NCBI GenBank assembly: GCA_965216875.1
Contig: OZ244207.1
Coordinates: 7,296,001 to 7,360,000, forward strand
Length of the DNA stretch: 64,000 nt
Source of the DNA: Rubripirellula sp.
Lineage (GTDB): Bacteria; Planctomycetota; Planctomycetia; Pirellulales; Pirellulaceae
Direction of reading: 5' to 3'
A program made the position numbers and the translations under genes. How positions within the stretch are numbered: position 1 is the stretch's first letter; the number at the start of each line of letters is the position of its first letter. This document shows, piece after piece, positions 47,624 to 57,273 of this stretch. A model generated the notes under the pieces. That model was not told the origin of the DNA. It saw nothing but the letters and a program-made list of their open reading frames with translations, and did not search any database.

Positions 47624-49402
47624 TCACCTCGGCACGTCCAACGTGAATGCCGCTCCCCCGCCTTGAGCGGGCTGATAGGTGAGACGGCCGCCGTGTGCGG
47701 CGGCGGTTTGGCGGGCCAATGCGAGACCGAGGCCGACGCCGGCCGCGGTCTCCGCCGCCCGCTGGGCCGATTTGGAGAATGGTTTGAAGATGTCCGTCTG
47801 CAGCGTTTTCTCGACCCCTGGCCCATGATCGGTGACCACCATTTTCACGCGAGACTCATCAATGCTGACATCAAGATGCACACGCTTGTCGCTTGTATCG
47901 CTCGCGTATTTTGCTGCGTTGTCGATCAGGTTAAAGACCACTTGCTCCATCGCTGCGGGGTCCGTTTGCCAAGGTCCATCCCCTGTTTGATCGACGACCA
48001 AGTCCATCTCCACCGCGGACAAGCGGCTCGTCAGTCTTGGCACGATGCGCTCGATCCATTGGCTGACAACGACCGTCTCCAGTTCGGGTCGTTTGGATTG
48101 TCGTTCCAGTTTTGAATAACGCAAAACGTTATCCACCAGATGTGTCAGTCGGTCCGCTTCGCGCCGCAAGGTTTGCAAGTACTCGTTGCGGTCCTTTTCG
48201 TCGCTCACCATGCCTCGGGCAAGTAGATCGCTGTATAGACGGAACGTGGTTAGCGGTGTTCGTAATTCATGAGTCACTGCCGAAACGAATGACGCGCGAC
48301 GTTCACTCAACGCAATGATTCGACTAAGCGCTAGACCAGCAACGATGGTTGCGGCAATCAACGCCAGCCAAGACAACACGAGCGAGTTGTGCGTTGCCGA
48401 CCACGTTGCGACCTCCGGTGAGAGTTCGGCAGGCTCGATCATGACCGGAAGCGCCGCCAAGATTCGCGACGGGTCAACTTCCTGGTCGGGTTGGACAGCG
48501 ACCAAATCGGCACCGGGCGCGAGGTCATCGATATCGGCAAGTAACGATGCTTCCAGTTTTGGCCAATCAATCCAAACGCCCTCAAGGGTTTTTGCCGAAC
48601 CTCTCATGCCGTCACGAACCACTACCAATTCGTCGTCGATCCAAACCGGAATCAAACGCGTTGGCATGGAGTCGACGATTGCGGCGACTTGCGGTAGCCC
48701 GATCATTTCTTGTTGCTGCATCTGCATCGAATTCGATGCAACCTGTCGCTGAACCGAAAAACTTCGGTTGTCGAGTTCGCGTTGGCTGATGCCATCAACT
48801 TCTTGCTTGAAATTTGCATAACCTGGAACGAGCTGTTGGCCCAAGTTCGAATCGTAGACCGAAGGGACCGCTACTTGTTGGGCCGGTTGATCGGCAAACA
48901 GGCTCGTCTGTTGGTTGGATCGTTCGACAGAAGCTAAGAGCGCATCGACCGGGACGGCTTGGCGAAGCTCCGCATGAGGGTCGATGTTTTGATTGGCTGA
49001 ATTGAGAACGCGTCCGCCCCGAATCACGTCGAACGAATAATAGGCCCGAGCCGTGCTCGCCTTGCCCTGTGCTTGGACAATCGAAAAATGATCGCGAACG
49101 AAATCTGGCTCGAATCCGGCTGCCGGTTGAAAACGTTCTTGCACTCCCGATTGCGCCCGCGGAAGGTCGTGAATCGTTGCGACGTAGGGCGCCAATCTTG
49201 AATCGAGCCTCCACAAGGCCACTCTCAGATTGGTTTGGACGGTTTCTCGCTGCTTGCTCTCTTGATCACGCCGACTCAGCCTCAACGCATGTTTTGACAG
49301 AACCGCTAGTCCACCGACCGCGATACTGACCACCAATGCAAAGCAGAGCCAAAGGGTGGTGGGGCGTTTAAGCCACTGCGACAGGGTAAACGTGAGGTTC
49401 AT
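47624..49402 (-). CDS. Membrane sensor histidine kinase
   Basis: 2 TM; THELRTP, NLIDNAAKY, DHGPG, GVGLGL. Confidence 0.93.
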   Translation of the reverse strand: MNLTFTLSQWLKRPTTLWLCFALVVSIAVGGLAVLSKHALRLSRRDQESKQRETVQTNLRVALWRLDSRLAPYVATIHDLPRAQSGVQERFQPAAGFEPDFVRDHFSIVQAQGKASTARAYYSFDVIRGGRVLNSANQNIDPHAELRQAVPVDALLASVERSNQQTSLFADQPAQQVAVPSVYDSNLGQQLVPGYANFKQEVDGISQRELDNRSFSVQRQVASNSMQMQQQEMIGLPQVAAIVDSMPTRLIPVWIDDELVVVRDGMRGSAKTLEGVWIDWPKLEASLLADIDDLAPGADLVAVQPDQEVDPSRILAALPVMIEPAELSPEVATWSATHNSLVLSWLALIAATIVAGLALSRIIALSERRASFVSAVTHELRTPLTTFRLYSDLLARGMVSDEKDRNEYLQTLRREADRLTHLVDNVLRYSKLERQSKRPELETVVVSQWIERIVPRLTSRLSAVEMDLVVDQTGDGPWQTDPAAMEQVVFNLIDNAAKYASDTSDKRVHLDVSIDESRVKMVVTDHGPGVEKTLQTDIFKPFSKSAQRAAETAAGVGLGLALARQTAAAHGGRLTYQPAQGGGAAFTLDVPR

Positions 49403-50145
49403 GGAAGCGTGGTTTCTTCGCTGCTCGAGACAGGGTCACCGCAATAGGCTTGATCCATCATGTAGCCTCGACCGCGAACCGTTTTGATCACATCGCTTTC
49501 GCCGCAAACAGCATGTAGCTTCTCTCGCAATCGGGCGACGTGCATGTCAACGGTTCGCGTTGTGACTCCTTTGGCGTCTATTTGCCAAACACCACGAAGC
49601 AGTTCGTCTCGATCGATCGGTCGATCAGGATGTTTGGCCAGGTAGTCAAGCAGCGCGAGTTCTCGTTCGGATAGCGATGCAACCGTTTGGTCATTCACAA
49701 GCAGCTCGCGTGTTTTCCAGTCGAGCCGACCCTCGGGGAACGTAAGCGTTGGTCGCGGTGTTTCGCGTGCAGGCGACCGTCGAAGCACGGCTTCCACGCG
49801 GGCGAGCAATTCATCAACGCTGAAAGGCTTCACGACGTAGTCGTCTGCTCCCAAACGCAATCCACGCACCCGGTCACCTTCCTCGCCGCGAGCCGTCAAG
49901 ATGATGACCGGTAGCGTCGGCTTGGTTTGGCGAATCCGCGCGAGCACATCCAACCCGTCACCGCCTGGTAAGACGAGGTCAAGCAACACAAGGTCGCACG
50001 GACGCTGGATTGCCAGCTCGCCACCTTCGTCAGCGCGTTCGGCTTGCCAGACGACGTAGCCGCTTGCCTTGAGTGAATCAACGATCCCGCGACGGATCGC
50101 GGGATCGTCTTCGATCGTCAGTATTCCACGTGGACTCTCTGTCAC
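49399..50145 (-). CDS. OmpR/PhoB-family response regulator
   Basis: IEDD, LLDLVLP, GADDYVVKPF, RTVDMHVARLREKL, TVRGRGY; GTG start just after the upstream stop. Confidence 0.93.
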   Translation of the reverse strand: MTESPRGILTIEDDPAIRRGIVDSLKASGYVVWQAERADEGGELAIQRPCDLVLLDLVLPGGDGLDVLARIRQTKPTLPVIILTARGEEGDRVRGLRLGADDYVVKPFSVDELLARVEAVLRRSPARETPRPTLTFPEGRLDWKTRELLVNDQTVASLSERELALLDYLAKHPDRPIDRDELLRGVWQIDAKGVTTRTVDMHVARLREKLHAVCGESDVIKTVRGRGYMMDQAYCGDPVSSSEETTLP

Positions 50146-50146
50146 G

Positions 50147-51502
50147 CTACCTTGAGCCTTTCCTTGCGATTCGATCAACATCACGCTTGCGAACAAGTGA
50201 CGCATTTTGATCCGACGACGCCTTAGCAGCCGTTGACAGTGCCGGTTCGATTCGTCCGCCATTGTCGAGGGCGGCGAATTCGGCCTCGGGCGAAAGTCCC
50301 AACCAGGGATCATCCAAGGGCATTCGAAAGGCATCGGCGTAAATCGTTCGCGTCAATGCATCGTAACCCATTTGGGCATGATTGCCTTGTTTGATCGCCG
50401 ATTCAAACCAATCGTCGATCCAAACCTGCAGTCCGTAAAGATTGAACGCGGTGTCTTGAGCAAGCGTTTCCGCAATGGGTTGGACATTCCGCAGCAGTGG
50501 TGTTTCGGCGATCGATTTGGTTGCGGCGATTGGCATCGCGACAGCCGCTTTGGGTTGCTGCGATTCAATCAGAGCGATTGATTCATTGGAAATGGCATCG
50601 GCGACAAAGCTGGATGCAAGTTGGTTCCAACGCGGATCAAGCGGGTCGAGACTGGCCGCGTCGGTCCCGCGGGTGGTCGCTAACTCGGATTCGTTTCGTC
50701 GTTTTTCCGCTCGGCGGTGATGGTAAGCGGCGACAGCTTCCCAATTCTTTGACATGTCGTCGGACCATTGTGCATGCAAGTCAGTCGCCTCGCCGAGCCA
50801 GCGGAGGAATGCCGGGGGCGTCACCAAGCCAGGCATCGCGTCGATGGGATGACCGTCACGACTCAAGACGAGATGCACGCTGTTGCCGGTGAGCGGTTTT
50901 TGTAGTTTGCGGCCATCGCCAAAGTCGATCGTCACCACCGGCACCGATCGCACAGGTTGCCAATGCAAAACGAATTGTTGCCTCAGCCGCTTGGCGATTT
51001 CAGGATCAGGGTACAGCAAGGTGCGAAAGTACCGACTGTTGGCGCAACTCAGGTCCTCGTCGAGTCGACCGAGCATTCGCAGACTCAATACCGGCCGGTT
51101 CGTCTTTTGAGCTTCGACAACAGCGTCGGTGAGCGAGGTGTGCCAAAAGAGTTTTGATTGCGTGGCAAACTTCTGCCCAGCAATTCGGTCGACAAGCCAG
51201 TCAATCCGAGCCAACGTGGGATCGTCCGGACCGTATTCCCCTTCGGCCAGTCGCATCGCGCGATACTGCAAAATGGCGTCGAGCGACTCGGGGCCCCGAC
51301 GACGGAGTTCTCGAATCATCGCGTCCGATTCGAAATGATTGGCCAACTCGACGTTTGAGTACGCGACGTTTCCCAGGTCACTAATCAGAAGACTCGTGTC
51401 TCGCGAGTCACGGACACCGTAGCCACCGCACGCCCATACGACCGCTGCAATCGGAACGGCAATCAAAGCGACCGCACAAGCTAACCGACGTTTCACCACC
51501 AT
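50147..51502 (-). CDS. Exported protein with thioredoxin-like domain (GRLDEDLSCANSR motif)
   Basis: AGGAG RBS, signal peptide, WHTSLTDAVVEAQKTNRPVL thioredoxin-like start; first gene of the two-component operon. Confidence 0.75.
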   Translation of the reverse strand: MVVKRRLACAVALIAVPIAAVVWACGGYGVRDSRDTSLLISDLGNVAYSNVELANHFESDAMIRELRRRGPESLDAILQYRAMRLAEGEYGPDDPTLARIDWLVDRIAGQKFATQSKLFWHTSLTDAVVEAQKTNRPVLSLRMLGRLDEDLSCANSRYFRTLLYPDPEIAKRLRQQFVLHWQPVRSVPVVTIDFGDGRKLQKPLTGNSVHLVLSRDGHPIDAMPGLVTPPAFLRWLGEATDLHAQWSDDMSKNWEAVAAYHHRRAEKRRNESELATTRGTDAASLDPLDPRWNQLASSFVADAISNESIALIESQQPKAAVAMPIAATKSIAETPLLRNVQPIAETLAQDTAFNLYGLQVWIDDWFESAIKQGNHAQMGYDALTRTIYADAFRMPLDDPWLGLSPEAEFAALDNGGRIEPALSTAAKASSDQNASLVRKRDVDRIARKGSR

Positions 51503-51548
51503 CGAACAATCTCCTGATACGAACACACAAACGTTGGTCCACATCAAG

Positions 51549-51592
51549 ATCGTACGCACGATTCCGGCCTCGGCCGGTAACGTGTTTGTAAC
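51549..51592 (-). promoter_or_regulatory. Putative OmpR/PhoB-type direct-repeat site with a -10 element
   Basis: Minus strand GTTAC at 51592-51588 and 51581-51577 (11-bp period); TACGAT at 51554-51549. Confidence 0.5.
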
Positions 51593-51677
51593 GGGTCGCA
51601 TCGCGCAGAGACTGAGCCGACCGGGCACCGTGAACGAAGAGTTTGTGAATGCTCTTCGCTCGGGTGCGTATCGCTTC

Positions 51678-54572
51678 CTATTCGACCAGCCCGCCGCTGA
51701 GCGGTGGGATCGGTGCCTGCGGCATTGGGCCCTGCGGCATTGGGCCCTGCGGCATTGGGCCCTGCGGAACGGGTGCTGACGGAACAGGTGCCTGCGGAAC
51801 AGGTGCTGGCGTTGGCAATTGCTCGACCGAGTCATCATCCAATCGTGGTGGCAGGGTCGCATCGTCGTACGATACCTGATTCAACACGTCGCCAAAGTAA
51901 GGTTCTGGCGGCAATGGATTGAGTTCGAACCCACAATCGTTGCACTCGCATTCGATCATGCCATCGGACGTGGTGCCAGGAAGCATCAATAGGTTCTCGG
52001 GCGAGATCGAGCCTGGATCGATCCACAAACCGTCTGGCGTCAGTTCCATGGTGCCCATGTCAAAGTCGAGCCCACGCCGCAGCACTTCGTAGTTCACAAA
52101 GATGCCGAGCAAGTTGTTCTGGGCACGCAGCAAATCGTTCAACGCGTCGATGGCATCACGAGCGGCGGTCGGCCCCGTTGCTCGTCCACGTGCTTCGTTG
52201 AGCGTCCGAATGTCACCATTGAGTTCGATTTGCTGAGCCGCAATCCGAATCGACTGGCGACCGAGTTCGAAGTTATAGCGATTGGCTTGCAGTTGTCGGA
52301 TCGTCGAACGGAGGAGCTGCCAAATGTCGTCTTCGTACGAGTAGTAACGTCGGCGGTCTTGCTCGTACAGAATCAATTGCGCGCGATAGTCATTGCGTTC
52401 TTGGATTCGTGTGATGGGTGCGTCCCACTCCAAGCCGACGCGAAGTCGACCATTGCGTTTGAAGTCGAACGGTCGATTGTCGCGGCTTTGCAGGTCGCCG
52501 CTGAAAACGACGTCCAATCGGCTTTCAAGCTGATCCGCAACGACTTCAATCTGACGCCAGGAATCAACCAGTGCGGCGCGGGCGTTGGCCCAGTCACGCC
52601 GGTTCTTGCGAGCGATTTCGAAGGCGGATGCCGGCTCGATATTCACTTCAGGCAGCAAGACGCCTTCGGTGCGTGCGCGTGCTTGAATCAATTGCACTTC
52701 CAGAACGTCGTCTCCGAGTTCTGACAACAGATCCTGCGAGAACAGAATGACGTCGGTCCGGATCAACGCGGCCAGTTTGGCCGGGTCTTTTTCGTTGGGC
52801 CCTTGCTCAATGATCTCAGAGAGTCGGATCTGAAGCTGCTCGATTCGCTGTTTGTAGCCAATGCCATCTTCACCGCCGGTCAATCGCAGCTGCAAGTCGC
52901 CGTAGATTCCTCGCAGCTCTTGTCCCAAGCCGTTCAACTCTTGTAGGTCAAAGATCGAATCATCAATGTTCTGAACGCCGACGAGCGAGCAGATACTTTG
53001 TTGTTCGACTCGGTAAAGCTGTTCAAGGTCGGCGTTTTGTCGTTGTCGCAACGGCAATGCCGATTCGAACTGTTCAATGTCGAGAGCAATTTCAGGCAGG
53101 TCCTCTTCTGCCAACGTGCGATTGAAATCACTAAGAGGCGTCAGTTCCTCTTTCAGTGTTTCCAGTGCACGGCGAAGCTCAGGTGACCATTGGACGGTTT
53201 TCCGCGGGATCTGCGTGACCGGATCTTTGACCGTTTCGGAAAGAGCAAGCATCGAGAGGTTGATTTCTCCCACAGCCGCTCGAAGAACACTCAATTGCTC
53301 ACGGCGATCAAGCAGTTTTCGATCGATCAACTGGAATTTGTCAAGAATCGGATCCTGCAAACGGGCGCAAATGTAGGGCGGCAATCCCAAGTCACGCATG
53401 AAGATGTCAAGCGATCGCTGGTAGTTGGCTTGCTGGTTGATGAGCGAGCTTTGTGAGTTGAGCAAACGCTGGCGTGCTTGGGCGACCTGCAGTCGTTCGC
53501 TAATGATCTGTCCCGAGTCGTCAGGAATCTTGGTCAACAATTCGATCAGGTTGTCCTGCTGCAGCAACAGGTTTTCCGTTTGGCGAGCGATGTTCTCTTC
53601 GAGGTTGCGGATCTGCAACTGAGTTTCCAACAGTCCGAGGTATCCGCCGGTGTTGCCGACCACACCCGCGTTGACGCGAACGATCCCATCGGCGCCCAGT
53701 TCGAGTCCGCGTCCGGTGGTGATTCGAAGGAAGAAACTGCGTCGGAATCGTTCGAACGATCGCACATCGGCGAGCAGCGTTCGCTCCGACTGAGTCAGGT
53801 TCTCCATCACGCGATCGCGGCCCGCCCCACGAAGCAGTGGCTGAAGCAACGAGAAGTCGAGGACGGTGGACGTTAGCCCGCTGCGCGTGTCAGGCCCACT
53901 CAGTTCCCAAACGATGCTGTTGGCGACGTTCACGACCAAATCGGCACCGTTAACGAACGCGCGGCTCATCGATAGGTTGCTCGGACCAAATTGATAAAGC
54001 GAACTGCTGCTACCGCCATTTCGGTTGCGTCCTAGCGTTGTCAGCGAGTTTGCCAAGCCTCCGTTGAACTGGGTGTCAAACTGAAAACGCTGCGTGCTGA
54101 CATCGAGTGCCGAGAAGTAAAGATCCTCGATCTGACGTTGATAGTCCGACGAATGCAGCAGCGCGATGCGAACGGCGTTTTCCGCGTTGAGGACCAGCAC
54201 GCCATCTTCGTCGAGCGGCAGGAACTGCCACCAATCCGGACTTTCGGCGGTATTGGTCACGCCGGCCGCTTCCCACATGGGGTACCCGCGGCGACCGTCG
54301 ACGCATTGCATGTAGCGCCACGAGGCGGGATCGTCCAGCGGCATCGGCTGGAAATCGAGGTCAAAGGGGTTGAACATCCGGCTCCGACGATCGACCTCGA
54401 TCCGCAGCTGCTTGTTGGGCTGGCGAGCCATGTGTCGGGCTTTTTCGTCCAGGACGCAGTAGACCTCGTTGTCGGCCTGTTTGCGGTAAAACTGGCGATG
54501 GCAGCCTGAGAATTGGATGACCAGGGCGGCCAACAGGCATGCGGATAGGGTGGGACGAGTAATAATTGACAC
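51678..54572 (-). CDS. Large TolC-like outer-membrane lipoprotein
   Basis: Lipobox FSGC; ENAVRIAL…YQ, LLQPLLRGAG, RRDWANARA, VGLEWDAP…ERNDYR efflux-protein patterns; Pro-rich tail. Confidence 0.75.
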   Translation of the reverse strand: MSIITRPTLSACLLAALVIQFSGCHRQFYRKQADNEVYCVLDEKARHMARQPNKQLRIEVDRRSRMFNPFDLDFQPMPLDDPASWRYMQCVDGRRGYPMWEAAGVTNTAESPDWWQFLPLDEDGVLVLNAENAVRIALLHSSDYQRQIEDLYFSALDVSTQRFQFDTQFNGGLANSLTTLGRNRNGGSSSSLYQFGPSNLSMSRAFVNGADLVVNVANSIVWELSGPDTRSGLTSTVLDFSLLQPLLRGAGRDRVMENLTQSERTLLADVRSFERFRRSFFLRITTGRGLELGADGIVRVNAGVVGNTGGYLGLLETQLQIRNLEENIARQTENLLLQQDNLIELLTKIPDDSGQIISERLQVAQARQRLLNSQSSLINQQANYQRSLDIFMRDLGLPPYICARLQDPILDKFQLIDRKLLDRREQLSVLRAAVGEINLSMLALSETVKDPVTQIPRKTVQWSPELRRALETLKEELTPLSDFNRTLAEEDLPEIALDIEQFESALPLRQRQNADLEQLYRVEQQSICSLVGVQNIDDSIFDLQELNGLGQELRGIYGDLQLRLTGGEDGIGYKQRIEQLQIRLSEIIEQGPNEKDPAKLAALIRTDVILFSQDLLSELGDDVLEVQLIQARARTEGVLLPEVNIEPASAFEIARKNRRDWANARAALVDSWRQIEVVADQLESRLDVVFSGDLQSRDNRPFDFKRNGRLRVGLEWDAPITRIQERNDYRAQLILYEQDRRRYYSYEDDIWQLLRSTIRQLQANRYNFELGRQSIRIAAQQIELNGDIRTLNEARGRATGPTAARDAIDALNDLLRAQNNLLGIFVNYEVLRRGLDFDMGTMELTPDGLWIDPGSISPENLLMLPGTTSDGMIECECNDCGFELNPLPPEPYFGDVLNQVSYDDATLPPRLDDDSVEQLPTPAPVPQAPVPSAPVPQGPMPQGPMPQGPMPQAPIPPLSGGLVE
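51716..51805 (-). repeat. 15-bp coding tandem repeat (PQGPM/PQAPV)
   Basis: cctgcggcattgggc x3 perfect (51716-51760) plus degenerate copies. Confidence 0.9.
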
Positions 54573-54849
54573 GTCAGATCGCTCGGTGATTCGAGAACCG
54601 CTTTATCAGTGACAACCGGCATAGCGTGAATTGCCGATTCCATCGGTATCGGATTCGGTGCCGGAGTGGGTCGACCTTGACCGGTATCTCAGGTTGTGCC
54701 GCCTGGTTACGGCAATCAGGGGGCGGCTCGTGCCGGTCGTACCGGTCGTATCGATCGAGCCGGGGCTGTTCGAAATCCGGTTCCGGCGTCGCCAACGGGG
54801 GGAAGGCCCATTCGAAACCGACGAAATCGCCGTGCTAGGCGAGAAATGC

Positions 54850-54878
54850 TTGACGCTGCAAATTGCCCAACTTAATAT
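54850..54878 (+). promoter_or_regulatory. sigma70-type promoter
   Basis: TTGACG-17 nt-TAATAT upstream of the 54994 ORF. Confidence 0.65.
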
Positions 54879-54993
54879 TCATTTGCGTACTTTTCCGCTC
54901 GTCTGGAGCATCCTGGCAATTAAATTCTGCCTGTATCGGTGCTTTCCGCAGGGAAGGTTTCTCCTCCCGTTTTAGTGACCCAACTGAACGATC

Positions 54994-56469
54994 ATGAAGT
55001 TTGCGATTATCGGTTTTCTGGTCGTTCTAGTCATTGCGTTCTTCGTGATGATCTGGAAAGCCGCCCGTGATTGGCGCTGGTACCAGATTGTTCCGACCCT
55101 CTTTGTGATGCTGCTGGCCGTCACCTTCATGTTCCCGACGGCGATGGTGCTTAAGAGCCGAGCCGCGTGGCACAAGAAGAAAGAGGAGCTGGAAAAGCGT
55201 GTCGAGGAAGCGAAATCCGAAAACCATCTTTTGAAATACGGTGACCCCACCAACCCGGCCAATCCTGGGATCGACAAGCTCGGCCAAGATTTGGCGTTGG
55301 TGGTTTTGGAAGCCGGACGTCGCTGGCGCGACATGCGAATGACCAACATCAATGGTCGCGCGGTCATCTTGCAGCCAGCTCAGCCGCAAGTCCAAGAAGA
55401 TCTTGGCGTCCCTGCAGCTGACGGCGACGCCGCGGCCGAGCCCGCACCAACACTGCCGCTGATTCCCGAAAAATTGGTCGTTCACGCCTTCGCCGAGCAA
55501 CCAGACGAGGCATTGGGCGGCGTCAATTTGCCGCGAGTCTACCTTGGTGAGTTTGTCGTCACGGCGAGCACTCCCGATCAAGTCACGATCACGCCAACCA
55601 AGTTGGATCCAAGCTCGCCTTACGCAGTGCAGCAAATGCAGATGATGAGCCAGGCTCGATCTTGGGCGCTCTACGAACTGTTGCCACTTGATGGGCACAT
55701 GCCATTCATTGCCGAAGGCAGTAAACAAACCGACGACCAATGGTTTGGACGCGTCGACAAGGAACTAATCAAGAACATCATGGGCCAAGGTGTTGCTCAG
55801 GAGACCATCAGCAAATACGAACGTGACGGAGGTCAAGCGCTTGACAGCGACCCTCCGCTGACGCGTTGGTCAAAGATTGAGTTTCGCAAACGACACTCCG
55901 TCAGCGTTGATAGCCCTGACGCTCGCGGCGTTTTGGACGGCACGTTCTTTGACGGCAACGGCCGAGCGGTTGATAGCCGGTTACAACGTGGCGGGGAAGT
56001 GGTATTCGAACCAAACGACACCGTGTTGATGCTCGAAAGCGCAGCCGCAGAACTCATCGCGAACGAAACCGCCAAACTCCTGGCCACCCACTACATTCGG
56101 CCACCAAACGACTATGGCACGCTGATTCGTAAAACGCTTCTCGGTTTGCAAGAAGATCGTTTGAGGCTTAAGGAGCTTAGAGAAGAGCACAAGACCCTCT
56201 CGGGAACCTTCGAAACGACCAATGCGATGGTCACGGCGAGCCAGGATGAAAAGCTAAAGCTTGAGCAGGATTACGGACAGGTCCAAATTGAACGTCAGTC
56301 GATCGAGAAGTTCGCCAAGGCACGAACCGACGGTCTTGCGGAGATGAAGGCCGAAATGATTCGCCTGCATCGCGAAAACCTTCAGCTCGAACAGAAGCTC
56401 AAGAAGTACCACGGTGATATCGAACAGCGTCTCGACGAACTTGACGCTTCGTTCAGCTTCACCAATTAG
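54994..56469 (+). CDS. Hypothetical membrane-anchored coiled-coil protein
   Basis: Two N-terminal TM helices, long C-terminal heptad region. Confidence 0.8.
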   Translation: MKFAIIGFLVVLVIAFFVMIWKAARDWRWYQIVPTLFVMLLAVTFMFPTAMVLKSRAAWHKKKEELEKRVEEAKSENHLLKYGDPTNPANPGIDKLGQDLALVVLEAGRRWRDMRMTNINGRAVILQPAQPQVQEDLGVPAADGDAAAEPAPTLPLIPEKLVVHAFAEQPDEALGGVNLPRVYLGEFVVTASTPDQVTITPTKLDPSSPYAVQQMQMMSQARSWALYELLPLDGHMPFIAEGSKQTDDQWFGRVDKELIKNIMGQGVAQETISKYERDGGQALDSDPPLTRWSKIEFRKRHSVSVDSPDARGVLDGTFFDGNGRAVDSRLQRGGEVVFEPNDTVLMLESAAAELIANETAKLLATHYIRPPNDYGTLIRKTLLGLQEDRLRLKELREEHKTLSGTFETTNAMVTASQDEKLKLEQDYGQVQIERQSIEKFAKARTDGLAEMKAEMIRLHRENLQLEQKLKKYHGDIEQRLDELDASFSFTN

Positions 56470-56487
56470 GTTTTCGATACCTTCTCT

Positions 56488-57273
56488 TTAGCCACCGTCA
56501 CTCGGCGGTGCGCTGGGGCAAAGCCCACTCAGCCGCACTCGTACGAGCAAGTCGTTCAGTTGTGGTTGCACTTGTGACCCCTCGGGCAAGTGAGTCGTCT
56601 CGGCCGCCTCATGAAGATCGGCACACAGCTTCTCGTACATTTGACTGTGGAACGTAGCATCGTATTCCGCGTAGGGTTCTTTCTCAGCTCCCTCAACTTT
56701 GCGCGCGATCAGATCATCCAGGAACGAAAGCTGGAACGTGTCGTTCAACGTTCGCAGATTGGCTTCGACCTCGCCGGTGCGCATCATGTGAATCCCGGTC
56801 ATCAGGACACGGTACAGATACAACAGTGGCTTCACGCGGGGCGGATCTTCTGATTGGATGAGTTTCCACTGCGTTGCCGCAAACCCGTTGTAGTGGTGCC
56901 AGTGGTGACGCGTCACACACTTTGCCGCAATCCGTTTGAGTTCCTCGTGTTCCGGCGTCGAATGCACAACCAGAGGCGACGTCACCTGCTCAAGCACATA
57001 GCCGTTCTTCTTTTGCATCAAGCCAAAGAACTTTTTAACGTCGTGCGTGACCAGATCGATTTCCAGTCCGTCCTCCATCCGCGTGGCGTCGACGGTTTCT
57101 TTCAGCGGTGACAAGCCGACCACATCCTCGACGGGCAAAACGTGAATGCCGCGAAGGTCAAAATCCGAATCGGCCGATGGAAATCCATAAAGATGGGCGC
57201 CACTGACCGTCGCGAACAAGAGTGGATAGGGATGACGCTCGACTTGTTCGACGAGTTTCGGCATTTCTTTCAT
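56488..57273 (-). CDS. Pol-beta superfamily nucleotidyltransferase (YcgL/RlaP-like)
   Basis: SGAHLYGFPSADSDFDLRG, DLVTHDVKKF, NGYVLE, KPLLYLYR. Confidence 0.88.
   Translation of the reverse strand: MKEMPKLVEQVERHPYPLLFATVSGAHLYGFPSADSDFDLRGIHVLPVEDVVGLSPLKETVDATRMEDGLEIDLVTHDVKKFFGLMQKKNGYVLEQVTSPLVVHSTPEHEELKRIAAKCVTRHHWHHYNGFAATQWKLIQSEDPPRVKPLLYLYRVLMTGIHMMRTGEVEANLRTLNDTFQLSFLDDLIARKVEGAEKEPYAEYDATFHSQMYEKLCADLHEAAETTHLPEGSQVQPQLNDLLVRVRLSGLCPSAPPSDGG

Noticed and set aside
51031..51060. Possible selenocysteine recoding in the SelN-like motif
   Set aside because: Codons are TGC GCC (Cys-Ala); there is no in-frame TGA
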